DNA of 59,056 nucleotides, taken from the IMG/VR virus record IMGVR_UViG_3300043395_003306, positions 1-59,056 of that record. One strand, given 5' to 3'. The stretch's first letter is position 1. Each line of letters begins with the position of its first letter. The position numbers were made by a program, and so were the translations under genes. The stretch is from a virus (lineage: Duplodnaviria; Caudoviricetes). Below the pieces are notes generated by a model, which worked only from the letters and a program-made list of their open reading frames with translations, had not been told where the DNA came from and made no database searches. This document shows positions 11,401 through 17,480 of this stretch, piece after piece.

Positions 11401-11682
11401 CTTTGGAATGCGTGCAACCGTTACGGTGTCTTCGTCTAGCTTCTTGCCCGACGCAATATCAACAAGACGCAACGTGGCGCGCACAGGAACAGCCCAAGTG
11501 CCTCCTTCTACGCGCTTCTGGTACTGCGACTGAATGTCATCAAGATGCAGGTTGTCCTGCACCTCAATCCCTACCAGCTCAAGGCGCTTCTTTGTTCCCG
11601 CCATGGGGAACTGGCTGCTAATCGCAGCAACAGCGCGAGTTTTGATCTCGTTAAACGCGGCTTCTGGGTTCAGGTCGGGCAT
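5479..11682 (-). CDS. rpoBC: DNA-directed RNA polymerase, fused beta-beta' single polypeptide (2067 aa)
   Basis: Beta motifs: QTPE, NRAMFAAKQMEQA, FEDSIVVS, GDKLTGRYGNKG, PSRMNIGQ, KLHHQVDKKMTAR. Beta' motifs: LPVLPPTMRP, RRQDLSGRS, KRDPSLH, NADHDGD, HGARKG bridge helix, CAKCYG, GEPVTQLAMKTFHTGG trigger loop. Confidence 0.97.
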   Translation of the reverse strand: MPDLNPEAAFNEIKTRAVAAISSQFPMAGTKKRLELVGIEVQDNLHLDDIQSQYQKRVEGGTWAVPVRATLRLVDIASGKKLDEDTVTVARIPKITRRYSYIVDGHERQHDSVFLLKPGVYHRVADNGEIEARWAFQGKKGFDLNIDRSTGRVTMAIGTSTVPVYSVLKSLNMSDADIEKAFGKTVFEVNKARAKPEDLLKIPKTFAKTAEEKKKAASMSVADASAYVAKLFSDMKTTRPDGDQHNTLGLEFGHVTAPALLASSKRILDISRAHAEPDDRQTLAAKDITSTADFVERFITRNQRDATRKITAVIDRASKLSEIPARDLYTGTIGNTFRAGQLPEQTNPLQFLSGHLRTTILGADFGGIKGGETIKTEDKLINASHLGFLDPVQTPESDATGISLHLPIGARKKGKVLVTRVWDVKKGSFVDATPGTLEQAVVAYPDQVSWKNGKPVPNSNMVTVFDSDRRTAQKPWSEVQYVLPSSKGLFSFAANLVPFLSTNSGNRAMFAAKQMEQAISLKDREAPLVQTKTDSNYTFDQLVGTFGSHAAPVAGTVTKVDESHIHIKADDGKVRKVALYDHFPLNGGKTMLHSDPLVKAGDKVKQGQVVADSNYTRDGSLALGTNMRVGYMTYHGRTFEDSIVVSESAAKKLTSTHLHEMSVELFSGMQTDKKRWISYSSPDKATAQRVNKLGDDGVIKQGQRVEHGDVLIAVVAPARVDPRDEARTIARSLATPYDTRGSVFWEHDYPGVVAKVVRAGKSVKVFVRTEEPSTVGDKLTGRYGNKGIIGTILPDHEMPHDKDGKPVDVILGPAGVPSRMNIGQLLETAASKIARKTGKPYVVDNFQPGVDYTQKVMDELKQHKLSDTEELFDPKTKRSLGQILTGDQYLLKLHHQVDKKMTARSHGGAYDSNGEPPGGSGIPGGGQTLDQLTTYALLAHGATNILREAQTWKSDQSQSDVWVALQQNRPLPDPKPNKSMGKFINYMRAMGMHMEKKGDKYVLQPLTDAQTLKFSTGKLAAPSKLTTIKGDLKQVTARTIEDKGGLFDKKLTGGLQGNFWTHLDLNHRLPNPVFERAIQSLTGIDEKAYEKLISHEGHQGGKLGTEVIVDALKNIDVDKELKDLNSQIGKLKGAPLDRAYRRIRYLQALKKTGIKPVDAYTMQHLPVLPPTMRPLMVNPDGSQTVDDLNLLYQNVGILNESLRKNVAEGVGKAAQQRQVADLYDAVKSLRVGGLDIQQKSSKARHYRGLMELMEGTKGSYFQSSVVYRRQDLSGRSTIITAPELGLDEAGIPLPIAFEMYKPFVVKELHARHNYLPHEAKKMVDEKHPFAVEVLHRVVADRPVLLKRDPSLHKFSILAFTPRITEGKAIGLHPLVTSGFNADHDGDTMALYVPLGNEAVNDAKKMMPSNNLFSPTSGQIMPMPEKDLLIGLFQATKWGEPAKVKIGSAEEAYKLWNDGKIHEDQTFTFHGRETTVGRAIIAHFLPPDMQNDEKLLHDKNYRFDKGTLQNLLTRVAKEHKQDYARVVKSLQDFSVKAAYFNGSSFSLNDFHDAIKLRDSILGKYEDEEKKIRSSKISQAEKDQKIVQLYAGALDEIKKKGEAAYGTSKNKMYEWVAAKARGNWEQFRQMTFGPILVADAKNRPVALPITKSYAEGLTTSQYWTSMHGARKGAIDRAAGTAEPGALSKVIINTVIDHQITAEDCHTTKGSALSIDDRDVHDRYLAQPVHVTGGKDVPAGTLLTSQVIQQLRVAKIPQVIVRSPLHCQMQKGICAKCYGLNENGHTYSVGTNVGVIAGHSLGEPVTQLAMKTFHTGGAVSSQKGGDYTADAFERVKQIFKVPATLPGSATIAAVSGKVTKVEQDKARGGYNVFVNDKAHRILADRHILETVKPGLEVKAGDPLSHGPINPHELLEATKNIHAVRGYLTNEALSAYGNSGVKLRRRNVETVVKAMTNVARVEHAPDHPEYLRGQLIALDHVENLNREAKKQGLAPIEHVPVLKSMEQVPLTHSEDFLARANYRRLKDTFTEAASQAWTSDIHGSNVAGLAHGAEFGLRKPQALIPAGVTHK

Positions 11683-11688
11683 AGCGAA

Positions 11689-11694
11689 ATCATA
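11689..11694 (-). promoter_or_regulatory. Putative -10 element TATGAT 6 nt upstream of the RNAP ATG (possibly leaderless)
   Basis: ggtTATGATttcgctATG with no SD; the same hexamer occurs at 16982-16987. Confidence 0.4.
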
Positions 11695-11759
11695 ACCTAT
11701 TGAGGGTCATAAGATAACTGCACTCGACACGAAGTCGTAGATGCAGACAAAGGACAACC

Positions 11760-11882
11760 ATGGAAGACCAAGACGAGCGCACTGAGCAGGTTGAAAATGA
11801 CGACTCCTCCTACGAGGATAGCAGTAGCAGTTTTGCAGACCAGTGCGACGACGCGGTGTTCGGATGGGGAGAGGACGAATAA
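11760..11882 (+). CDS. Highly acidic 40-aa peptide
   Basis: AAGGA SD, then MEDQDERTEQVENDDSSYEDSSSSFADQCDDAVFGWGEDE*; below the track length cutoff. Confidence 0.5.
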   Translation: MEDQDERTEQVENDDSSYEDSSSSFADQCDDAVFGWGEDE

Positions 11883-11975
11883 ATGCTAAGTCTTTTCTTT
11901 TTCTCGTTTCTTGTGGGGTTCTTCCAATTCTACGTTGACACAATTCCGCAATTGATGGACTCGCGCGCGTGGTAA
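11883..11975 (+). CDS. Hydrophobic 30-aa peptide
   Basis: Starts directly after the previous stop, with GAGGA upstream; MLSLFFFSFLVGFFQFYVDTIPQLMDSRAW*. Confidence 0.4.
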   Translation: MLSLFFFSFLVGFFQFYVDTIPQLMDSRAW

Positions 11976-11998
11976 GAAGAAGCCCGCTTGCCCGCCTA

Positions 11999-12283
11999 AT
12001 GAAAGAGGGGACAGGCGGGCTTCGCCCCGCAGCAGAAATTCCCGACTCGGAAGCGGGAGCGACTGAGGCGACGAAGCTTGCATTTTGTCCCTCTTTATTT
12101 GAAGCAACAGACCGAGGTCTCTGCGGGTTTGTTGCATGCGGAGAGTGCCAGTATGCCCCGGAAGGGCGAGGGTGGCTCTGCGCAACTTGCTCGTGTGAAG
12201 AATCCGTTTTGCCTTACTACACCGAAGGAGCATGCACAAAATGCCAGGGATGGAGCATAGTGCTGAGCCTGTGGAAGAAGTAG
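11999..12283 (+). CDS. Cys-rich hypothetical protein (about 94 aa)
   Basis: CGFVACGEC...CATC...CTKC; start uncertain (GTG 11969 or ATG 11999). Confidence 0.5.
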   Translation: MKEGTGGLRPAAEIPDSEAGATEATKLAFCPSLFEATDRGLCGFVACGECQYAPEGRGWLCATCSCEESVLPYYTEGACTKCQGWSIVLSLWKK

Positions 12284-12705
12284 ATTACCGGTGCGATTGG
12301 TGTGCCACCGCAATCTACACGGGCGATGAGGCCTATAACATTGCCGCTTTTAGTATGGGTATCGGGCACCGAACGGGTAACCTATGCCTAGAAGAAGACT
12401 ACTTTGCGGACGGGGGACACGAGGTGCTCGTCCACAAGTGGTGCTTCCGCGCCGCAGTTAGTTCTAGTCTGCTTGATCACGCATCTAAGCTAAACAACAG
12501 CTGCGCTTGGTGCGACTCGTTGTTTCGCCACAACAACCGAGTAGTTGTTGTGTCGCCGCATCAAGTTCGTATTAGCAAACGGCACGGCGGCGTGTTTCTT
12601 GCCCCATTTCAGTTTCCCCACGGAGATATTGAACGCGTGTTTCACGAAGACTGTTTCGTGCCGCACGCGGAGGGCTTTGCGCACCGCCTTTGGTCTGCCG
12701 CCTAA
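12232..12705 (+). CDS. Tandem CxxC...HxxC zinc-finger protein
   Basis: CDWC...VHKWCF and CAWC...FHEDCF internal duplication; true start may be 12250 or 12271. Confidence 0.7.
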   Translation: MHKMPGMEHSAEPVEEVDYRCDWCATAIYTGDEAYNIAAFSMGIGHRTGNLCLEEDYFADGGHEVLVHKWCFRAAVSSSLLDHASKLNNSCAWCDSLFRHNNRVVVVSPHQVRISKRHGGVFLAPFQFPHGDIERVFHEDCFVPHAEGFAHRLWSAA

Positions 12706-14858
12706 CCAACCTGACGACCCAGTGCCCGCTGAGAACCGCCAGCGGGCACTGGGGCCTTCAGGGCATTCATCGGGTTTACTTGCGACCCCGACTCTTCATT
12801 CATTAGCTGGATGACTAGCTGATACAGCGCAGGGTTCTCGGTGCGCATCTTCATTAGCTCTTGCTGCTTTTGCGCCTCGCCCTGCTCATCGCCAACAGTG
12901 TCAAGGTAGGCCTTAGCACGACGGGCAACGTAACGAAGATCTACGCCGCCTTGTCCAACTGTAAGCGGGGATGACATACCTGCCATAGGTACCGGCAAGT
13001 TTCCGCCCGGAGACCCCGCGTTTTCGTCGTATGCGGTCGCACCCTGCGGCATTCCTGGGGTTTGCTGGGCCTGTTCCGGCGGCTGCTCTTGTTCTTGCGG
13101 TGCAGCCTGTTCTTGGGCAGGCGCTTGCTGCTCTTGCCCCTGTACGGCCGCATTCTGCTGCGCCGCTTCCGGTGTCTGTGCATTTGGTGCACGCTGCGCG
13201 GGAGTAAGAGGAGACTGCGGTTGTCCGCCTTGAGCCGCCGCCTGCTCCGCAGCTTGCTGCTGCTGCACTGCCGCCATTTGCTGCTGCTGCTCCATCTGAG
13301 CTTGCCCCTGAAGGGCCTGGGCCTTGATTGAGTAGCGCGAGGAGCGTAGCTGCGCCTCTCCTTGAATATCTGCGGTAGCCGTCTGCATACGCCGTTGCAC
13401 GTCGAGCTGAATCTTCATCTCCTCGTGCATGCGCTTGACCTCTAGCGCCGTGTCCTCGCCCAGCTCCTCGTGCAGACGCTTGTCGGAAATCTTGAGCGCC
13501 TGATTTAGCTGTAGGTAGAACATAGACCGCTGTAGGTCGTCCGCCATCTTGAAGCGGTCAAAGCGAGAGCTGACCTTGGGCCACCGCATAAAGGCAGCAA
13601 TACCGCCAAAGATGAAGTCATTCACCATGCGGTGCCGCGCACGATTGTACCCCATGAACATGTTCTCTAGGGCGCGCAAAGATGTATTACTTCCGCTCCA
13701 CGAAAGGCCACCAAATACGAACTCGATAGGAATACCGGCACCCACCAGCATTTGCTCCGCGACTAGACGGAACTCCTGGTGCAGCATTAGCGCACGGGCG
13801 TCTCCGCCAAACTGCTGCAACCCGATGTTTACCGGCAGGATGGGGATGTAGTTGTTGTCACGCTTCCAGATAGAGAGTTCGGTCTCAATCTTGGACTTCC
13901 AGTTTGTAAGATTGTACGAACCGTAAGGTTGATCATTACCGCCGGTTGACGGACCAGGGAAGATCATGCGAAGGGGCACAATGTGCTCCATCGCAATACT
14001 CTCTTGTGCTTTCTTTAGCGTCTGAAGGTAGAAGGCGTCCTTGAGGAGCGGGTAGATAAGGGGGGATCCCCAGCCCTGATCCTTCTGCGCCAGCGTAGGA
14101 CGCTTGAGGTGGAAGAAGTTATCTGGACTAAAGCGGAGAGACTTACCCTTACGCGCGGCCTCAAGAAACTCTAGGGGCAGGCGTTCGACCGTCTCCGGAT
14201 CGCCCATCGTAATATCGTTAAGAACTGCGCGAGACAATTTGTAATAGTAGCGCGTAAGGCCTGTAACTTCGTTGTGCTTTATCTGGATGTTTTCTGGGTT
14301 CCAGCGCACTAAACGAATGTCACGTACAGAACGAATGTATACATCTCGCTCTTCTGCATAGTCTGCCTTGCGGCAGCTTGGGCAGCTAAGATGAAAACGG
14401 TTGTTCTTCCATCGATATAGCGAGCGATTTGCGTCCGCACGGTAGCGTTCCTTGCAGTGCCGACACGCAAGGTACTTCACAAATGGGTAGTAAACCGAGA
14501 CAAACGCGTTTCCGTACGCGAAGTAGTCTAGCCCGGCTTCTACTTGGAACTGCCGGAGATTAAGCTGCTCCTCTAGATCCTGATACAGCCTCCGCTTACC
14601 GGGGTCGTCTGTGTCAAAGATAATAGGAGTAACGGGGTACTCCGCCATCTTTGTACATGCGACGTTGATAATTGGGTTTGACAGGAAGTAGTAACGACAC
14701 CAATTTAAAAGCTGGTGTACGTTGTCGGGTAAGAACTGCTGCGCAACATCAAAGAATGGCGACGGGTAGCGAACACCAAAGCTACGCTGCCCGCTACTTT
14801 GAAGATTTCGGGTGTTAAACCGGTCCCCAGAATCTACCGATGCACTAAAGAAGTTCAT
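12702..14858 (-). CDS. Putative portal protein with Zn-ribbon insertion and Gln/Ala-rich tail (718 aa)
   Basis: WCRYYFLSNPIINVACTKMAEYP, RWNPENI, FFHLKRP, GWGSPLI and GIPIEFVFG resemble phage portal proteins. Confidence 0.7.
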   Translation of the reverse strand: MNFFSASVDSGDRFNTRNLQSSGQRSFGVRYPSPFFDVAQQFLPDNVHQLLNWCRYYFLSNPIINVACTKMAEYPVTPIIFDTDDPGKRRLYQDLEEQLNLRQFQVEAGLDYFAYGNAFVSVYYPFVKYLACRHCKERYRADANRSLYRWKNNRFHLSCPSCRKADYAEERDVYIRSVRDIRLVRWNPENIQIKHNEVTGLTRYYYKLSRAVLNDITMGDPETVERLPLEFLEAARKGKSLRFSPDNFFHLKRPTLAQKDQGWGSPLIYPLLKDAFYLQTLKKAQESIAMEHIVPLRMIFPGPSTGGNDQPYGSYNLTNWKSKIETELSIWKRDNNYIPILPVNIGLQQFGGDARALMLHQEFRLVAEQMLVGAGIPIEFVFGGLSWSGSNTSLRALENMFMGYNRARHRMVNDFIFGGIAAFMRWPKVSSRFDRFKMADDLQRSMFYLQLNQALKISDKRLHEELGEDTALEVKRMHEEMKIQLDVQRRMQTATADIQGEAQLRSSRYSIKAQALQGQAQMEQQQQMAAVQQQQAAEQAAAQGGQPQSPLTPAQRAPNAQTPEAAQQNAAVQGQEQQAPAQEQAAPQEQEQPPEQAQQTPGMPQGATAYDENAGSPGGNLPVPMAGMSSPLTVGQGGVDLRYVARRAKAYLDTVGDEQGEAQKQQELMKMRTENPALYQLVIQLMNEESGSQVNPMNALKAPVPAGGSQRALGRQVG
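13060..13330 (-). repeat. Low-complexity Gln/Ala/Pro-rich coding tract (CAG-rich)
   Basis: QQQQMAAVQQQQAAEQAAAQ...APAQEQAAPQEQEQ in the portal C-terminal region. Confidence 0.7.
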
Positions 14859-15562
14859 CCGGACACCTGTGCTGGCTGCTCGGTTGGCTTAAAGCCACGA
14901 GCTGCGTCTATCTTACGCCCAAGGAACCTTCCGCCCTCAGAACCAGCAGTATTGAGGATCATTGAGCCGAGTACTCCACCTGCCATGGCTGGCAGCCCGC
15001 CCTTTGCCGCTGCACGAATTGCTCTGGGTGCGCTAGCACCTAAACTGCCCGCAACACCTCCGGCGGCACCTAGTACCCGCTCTGCTCCCCCACGCTCACG
15101 CCCAGTGACCGGGTCTTTTTTCTGTAAATCAGAATAAGCTCCCAGGCCAGTTCCTCCGACAAGCAACGTACGTTGGCCTGGGAGGTGGCGTGCAACGGTA
15201 TTTACGCCTTTACGCCACATGCTTGGTCCTTCGTACTTACCGAAGTTCCCAAGCCAGCCTCCGCGGCGTGCGGCTGCCCGCAGCCCCTTACCGTGGGTAA
15301 TGTCGTCTACGTATTTACCGCCACCTTTAAGGTTTTTATTTGCGTCTTTTAGTTCGTCAGCAAGAAACTCTCGGTTCAAAGGGTGCTCATTAGACGAACC
15401 ACTCCATAATCCCTTCCACGAGTTTTTTGCGGTACTTGGGCGAACCAGGTTTGCCGTTTCCTTAAATGGCGCCGTAAACGCCGGGACAAATCCGCCTTCG
15501 GATGTATTTGCTATTTTCTCTAGTTCGGCAGAAAAAGCCTGAAGCACGGCGGTATTCATCAC
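14855..15562 (-). CDS. Putative internal virion protein, N-terminal ELEKIA motif, Gly-rich hydrophobic C-terminus (235 aa)
   Basis: AFSAELEKIA leader; GAAGGVAGSLGA and AMAGGVLGSMIL glycine-zipper-like segments; coupled to the portal gene. Confidence 0.55.
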   Translation of the reverse strand: MMNTAVLQAFSAELEKIANTSEGGFVPAFTAPFKETANLVRPSTAKNSWKGLWSGSSNEHPLNREFLADELKDANKNLKGGGKYVDDITHGKGLRAAARRGGWLGNFGKYEGPSMWRKGVNTVARHLPGQRTLLVGGTGLGAYSDLQKKDPVTGRERGGAERVLGAAGGVAGSLGASAPRAIRAAAKGGLPAMAGGVLGSMILNTAGSEGGRFLGRKIDAARGFKPTEQPAQVSG

Positions 15563-16353
15563 AGCCCCCGCATACCAAGATCTCGCTGGACGCGTCGGTG
15601 GTTTGTATAATCAATAGCCTCAAGCAGTTTTGCTGCGCATACATCGTCTTGGCTGCCAGAAAAAACCTTTGGGTCTTTCTGAAGAGCGGCTAGTCGGACC
15701 TTTACGCCATCTTGAGGATTTTTAAAGAAAACTTGCGTATTCCTACCGCGCCCTCGCGACATAGCCTGTGGGCTAGGCTTGAAGTCTCGCAAGGAATCAG
15801 TATCGAACCTTTCGGTGCACACATCACAAAGGGTGTCACCAAAAAGCATTTCCCCTTCGTGCCCACAATCACGGCACTTGTACCGCTTCATTCCTGCGTA
15901 GTCGTTTGCAAAATCTAAAGGAGCTGGCAGATACCAAACAGCCTGGTTTAATGCTTGCGCCGCAACATACCGAGCAACGGTATCCGAGAACGAGGGTCGC
16001 TGTACTAGCTTGGCAATATGGTCGCGAATGTAGATTGCGTCATCCACAGCCGCCATCATTTCTCCAACAGAGTGCTCCTGCATATTTTCCGCAGTTGCAA
16101 CCCCAAGGACGAGGGCTTGAGTCAAGAAGTGAAACGGCTCCCAGTCCTCAAAGAAAGAGTCTGAGGTAGCAATAACCCCGGTAGCTAGAAGCCGATTTAG
16201 GTTCTTTTTGGCAACAACTACGCCGGAGTGGTCCACCTCAAGAGTTCTCTTAAGAACCTCAGGTGCCCACTTCATCCACTCGTGTCCGTACTTCTTTGTG
16301 CAGTAGAAGAACAGGACAACAGGCGGGGTTTGCTCGTCCGTTAAAAGTCTCAC
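15559..16353 (-). CDS. Hypothetical protein with CxxC...CxxC zinc ribbon (264 aa)
   Basis: CRDCG...CDVC; coupled to both neighbours. Confidence 0.7.
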   Translation of the reverse strand: MRLLTDEQTPPVVLFFYCTKKYGHEWMKWAPEVLKRTLEVDHSGVVVAKKNLNRLLATGVIATSDSFFEDWEPFHFLTQALVLGVATAENMQEHSVGEMMAAVDDAIYIRDHIAKLVQRPSFSDTVARYVAAQALNQAVWYLPAPLDFANDYAGMKRYKCRDCGHEGEMLFGDTLCDVCTERFDTDSLRDFKPSPQAMSRGRGRNTQVFFKNPQDGVKVRLAALQKDPKVFSGSQDDVCAAKLLEAIDYTNHRRVQRDLGMRGL

Positions 16354-16958
16354 GAACGGAAGCCCCCGTCATTACGCAGCTGAGACTGCGACGCCATGTT
16401 TGCAATGATAATCTGCGCCTCTGGCGCAAGCTCTCGGAACTTGCCTAGCGGGTCCTTGCGAAACTCCGTAACAAAATCCGAGTCAAATAACTTTTCCATT
16501 TGATCACGTGTTGGGCCCGTTGCAAGGCGACGGAGCTGATCTTCGTTTACGTAGTGACCGCCGTGCGTCCAAGACCAAGACGCTTCCTTTACGCGGTCAA
16601 AAACGCAAAGATGCGGGTCAGGAAGATTTGCACCGTAACGGTGGGTCAGGCCCGCATCTGCGTCAAGACGGTGAATCAGCAGCGCCAACTCATCGGGATC
16701 AATTGCCGACGCAACTTTTGCAAGGCGTCCGTATGCCTCTTGTAGCTCAGGATTAGCCGTGAACTCCTGACGCTGCTTCATGTACGTCGTAAAGTGTTGG
16801 CTAAGTCCCTCGCCACCGTAACGAAAGATCTCTTCCGGAATTGAGGCTCCCTGAGCCTCCGCCAACTTCGTAGCCGCAACGGAAAGATCGTGACGATCAT
16901 ACGAATCTAGATCATGCCAGCGGTGCTTTAGATCGGCGATGAGGTCGAAGGCGTTCAC
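16350..16958 (-). CDS. Putative virion protein (202 aa)
   Basis: GTG start with AAGGAG SD; K-x-A motifs TKLA, AKVAS, VKEAS. Confidence 0.65.
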   Translation of the reverse strand: MNAFDLIADLKHRWHDLDSYDRHDLSVAATKLAEAQGASIPEEIFRYGGEGLSQHFTTYMKQRQEFTANPELQEAYGRLAKVASAIDPDELALLIHRLDADAGLTHRYGANLPDPHLCVFDRVKEASWSWTHGGHYVNEDQLRRLATGPTRDQMEKLFDSDFVTEFRKDPLGKFRELAPEAQIIIANMASQSQLRNDGGFRS

Positions 16959-16981
16959 GGTGAGGTCTCCTTGCGCTGCTT

Positions 16982-16987
16982 ATCATA
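16982..16987 (-). promoter_or_regulatory. Putative -10 element TATGAT for the head operon
   Basis: In the divergent intergenic region upstream of the SD; identical to the hexamer before the RNAP gene. Confidence 0.4.
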
Positions 16988-17062
16988 CTATCCCAGTTCA
17001 AAGAACCGTACGAAGTATAACCACAACGCGGGCATAAGTAGCTGCTACGACGGAGGTAGCTA

Positions 17063-17479
17063 TTGGCATCAGACGGGCTGTACGGCCGGAACTTTGGCTC
17101 AGCAGGTACGATTCAAAAACCAGCATGTTACGCAGATGTTTCTAAATACGATGACGGAGACGCAGAGTGCCGGGCGTGTAATTTCCGGGGAACTTGTCGG
17201 TATCAGGTGGAGCAAAAGATCTCAAGGTCTCAAACAGCCTACACCAGTACCGCAAGCCCGGTAATCCGTCCGACGGGCCACGCGACTACAAACACCGCAG
17301 GATCTGTAATTCCTGCGCCAGTTGCAGACCATCAGAGACTTGCCGTTCAAGAAGACGACACATTCATGGGAGCCCTTGCCCATAACAGCTTTCTAAGCGC
17401 GCTTGAGGCAGTAATGCACGAGGCTGTTTACAGCGTGCGTTCTATTCCCAGAAGAAAGTACCCGAACCCTTTCAAGTGA
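17063..17479 (+). CDS. Cys-rich hypothetical protein (138 aa), first gene of the replication module
   Basis: TTG start with GGAGG SD; PACY...ECRACNFRGTC. Confidence 0.7.
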   Translation: MASDGLYGRNFGSAGTIQKPACYADVSKYDDGDAECRACNFRGTCRYQVEQKISRSQTAYTSTASPVIRPTGHATTNTAGSVIPAPVADHQRLAVQEDDTFMGALAHNSFLSALEAVMHEAVYSVRSIPRRKYPNPFK

Positions 17480-17480
17480 G

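Noticed and set aside
5479-11682. Host chromosomal rpoB-rpoC locus
   Set aside because: No flanking ribosomal protein genes, strong divergence, and phage structural genes on both sides.
11707-12313. Minus-strand ORFs 11707-11943, 11886-12239 and 12095-12313
   Set aside because: The plus-strand ORFs with SD sequences and Cys motifs explain the region better.
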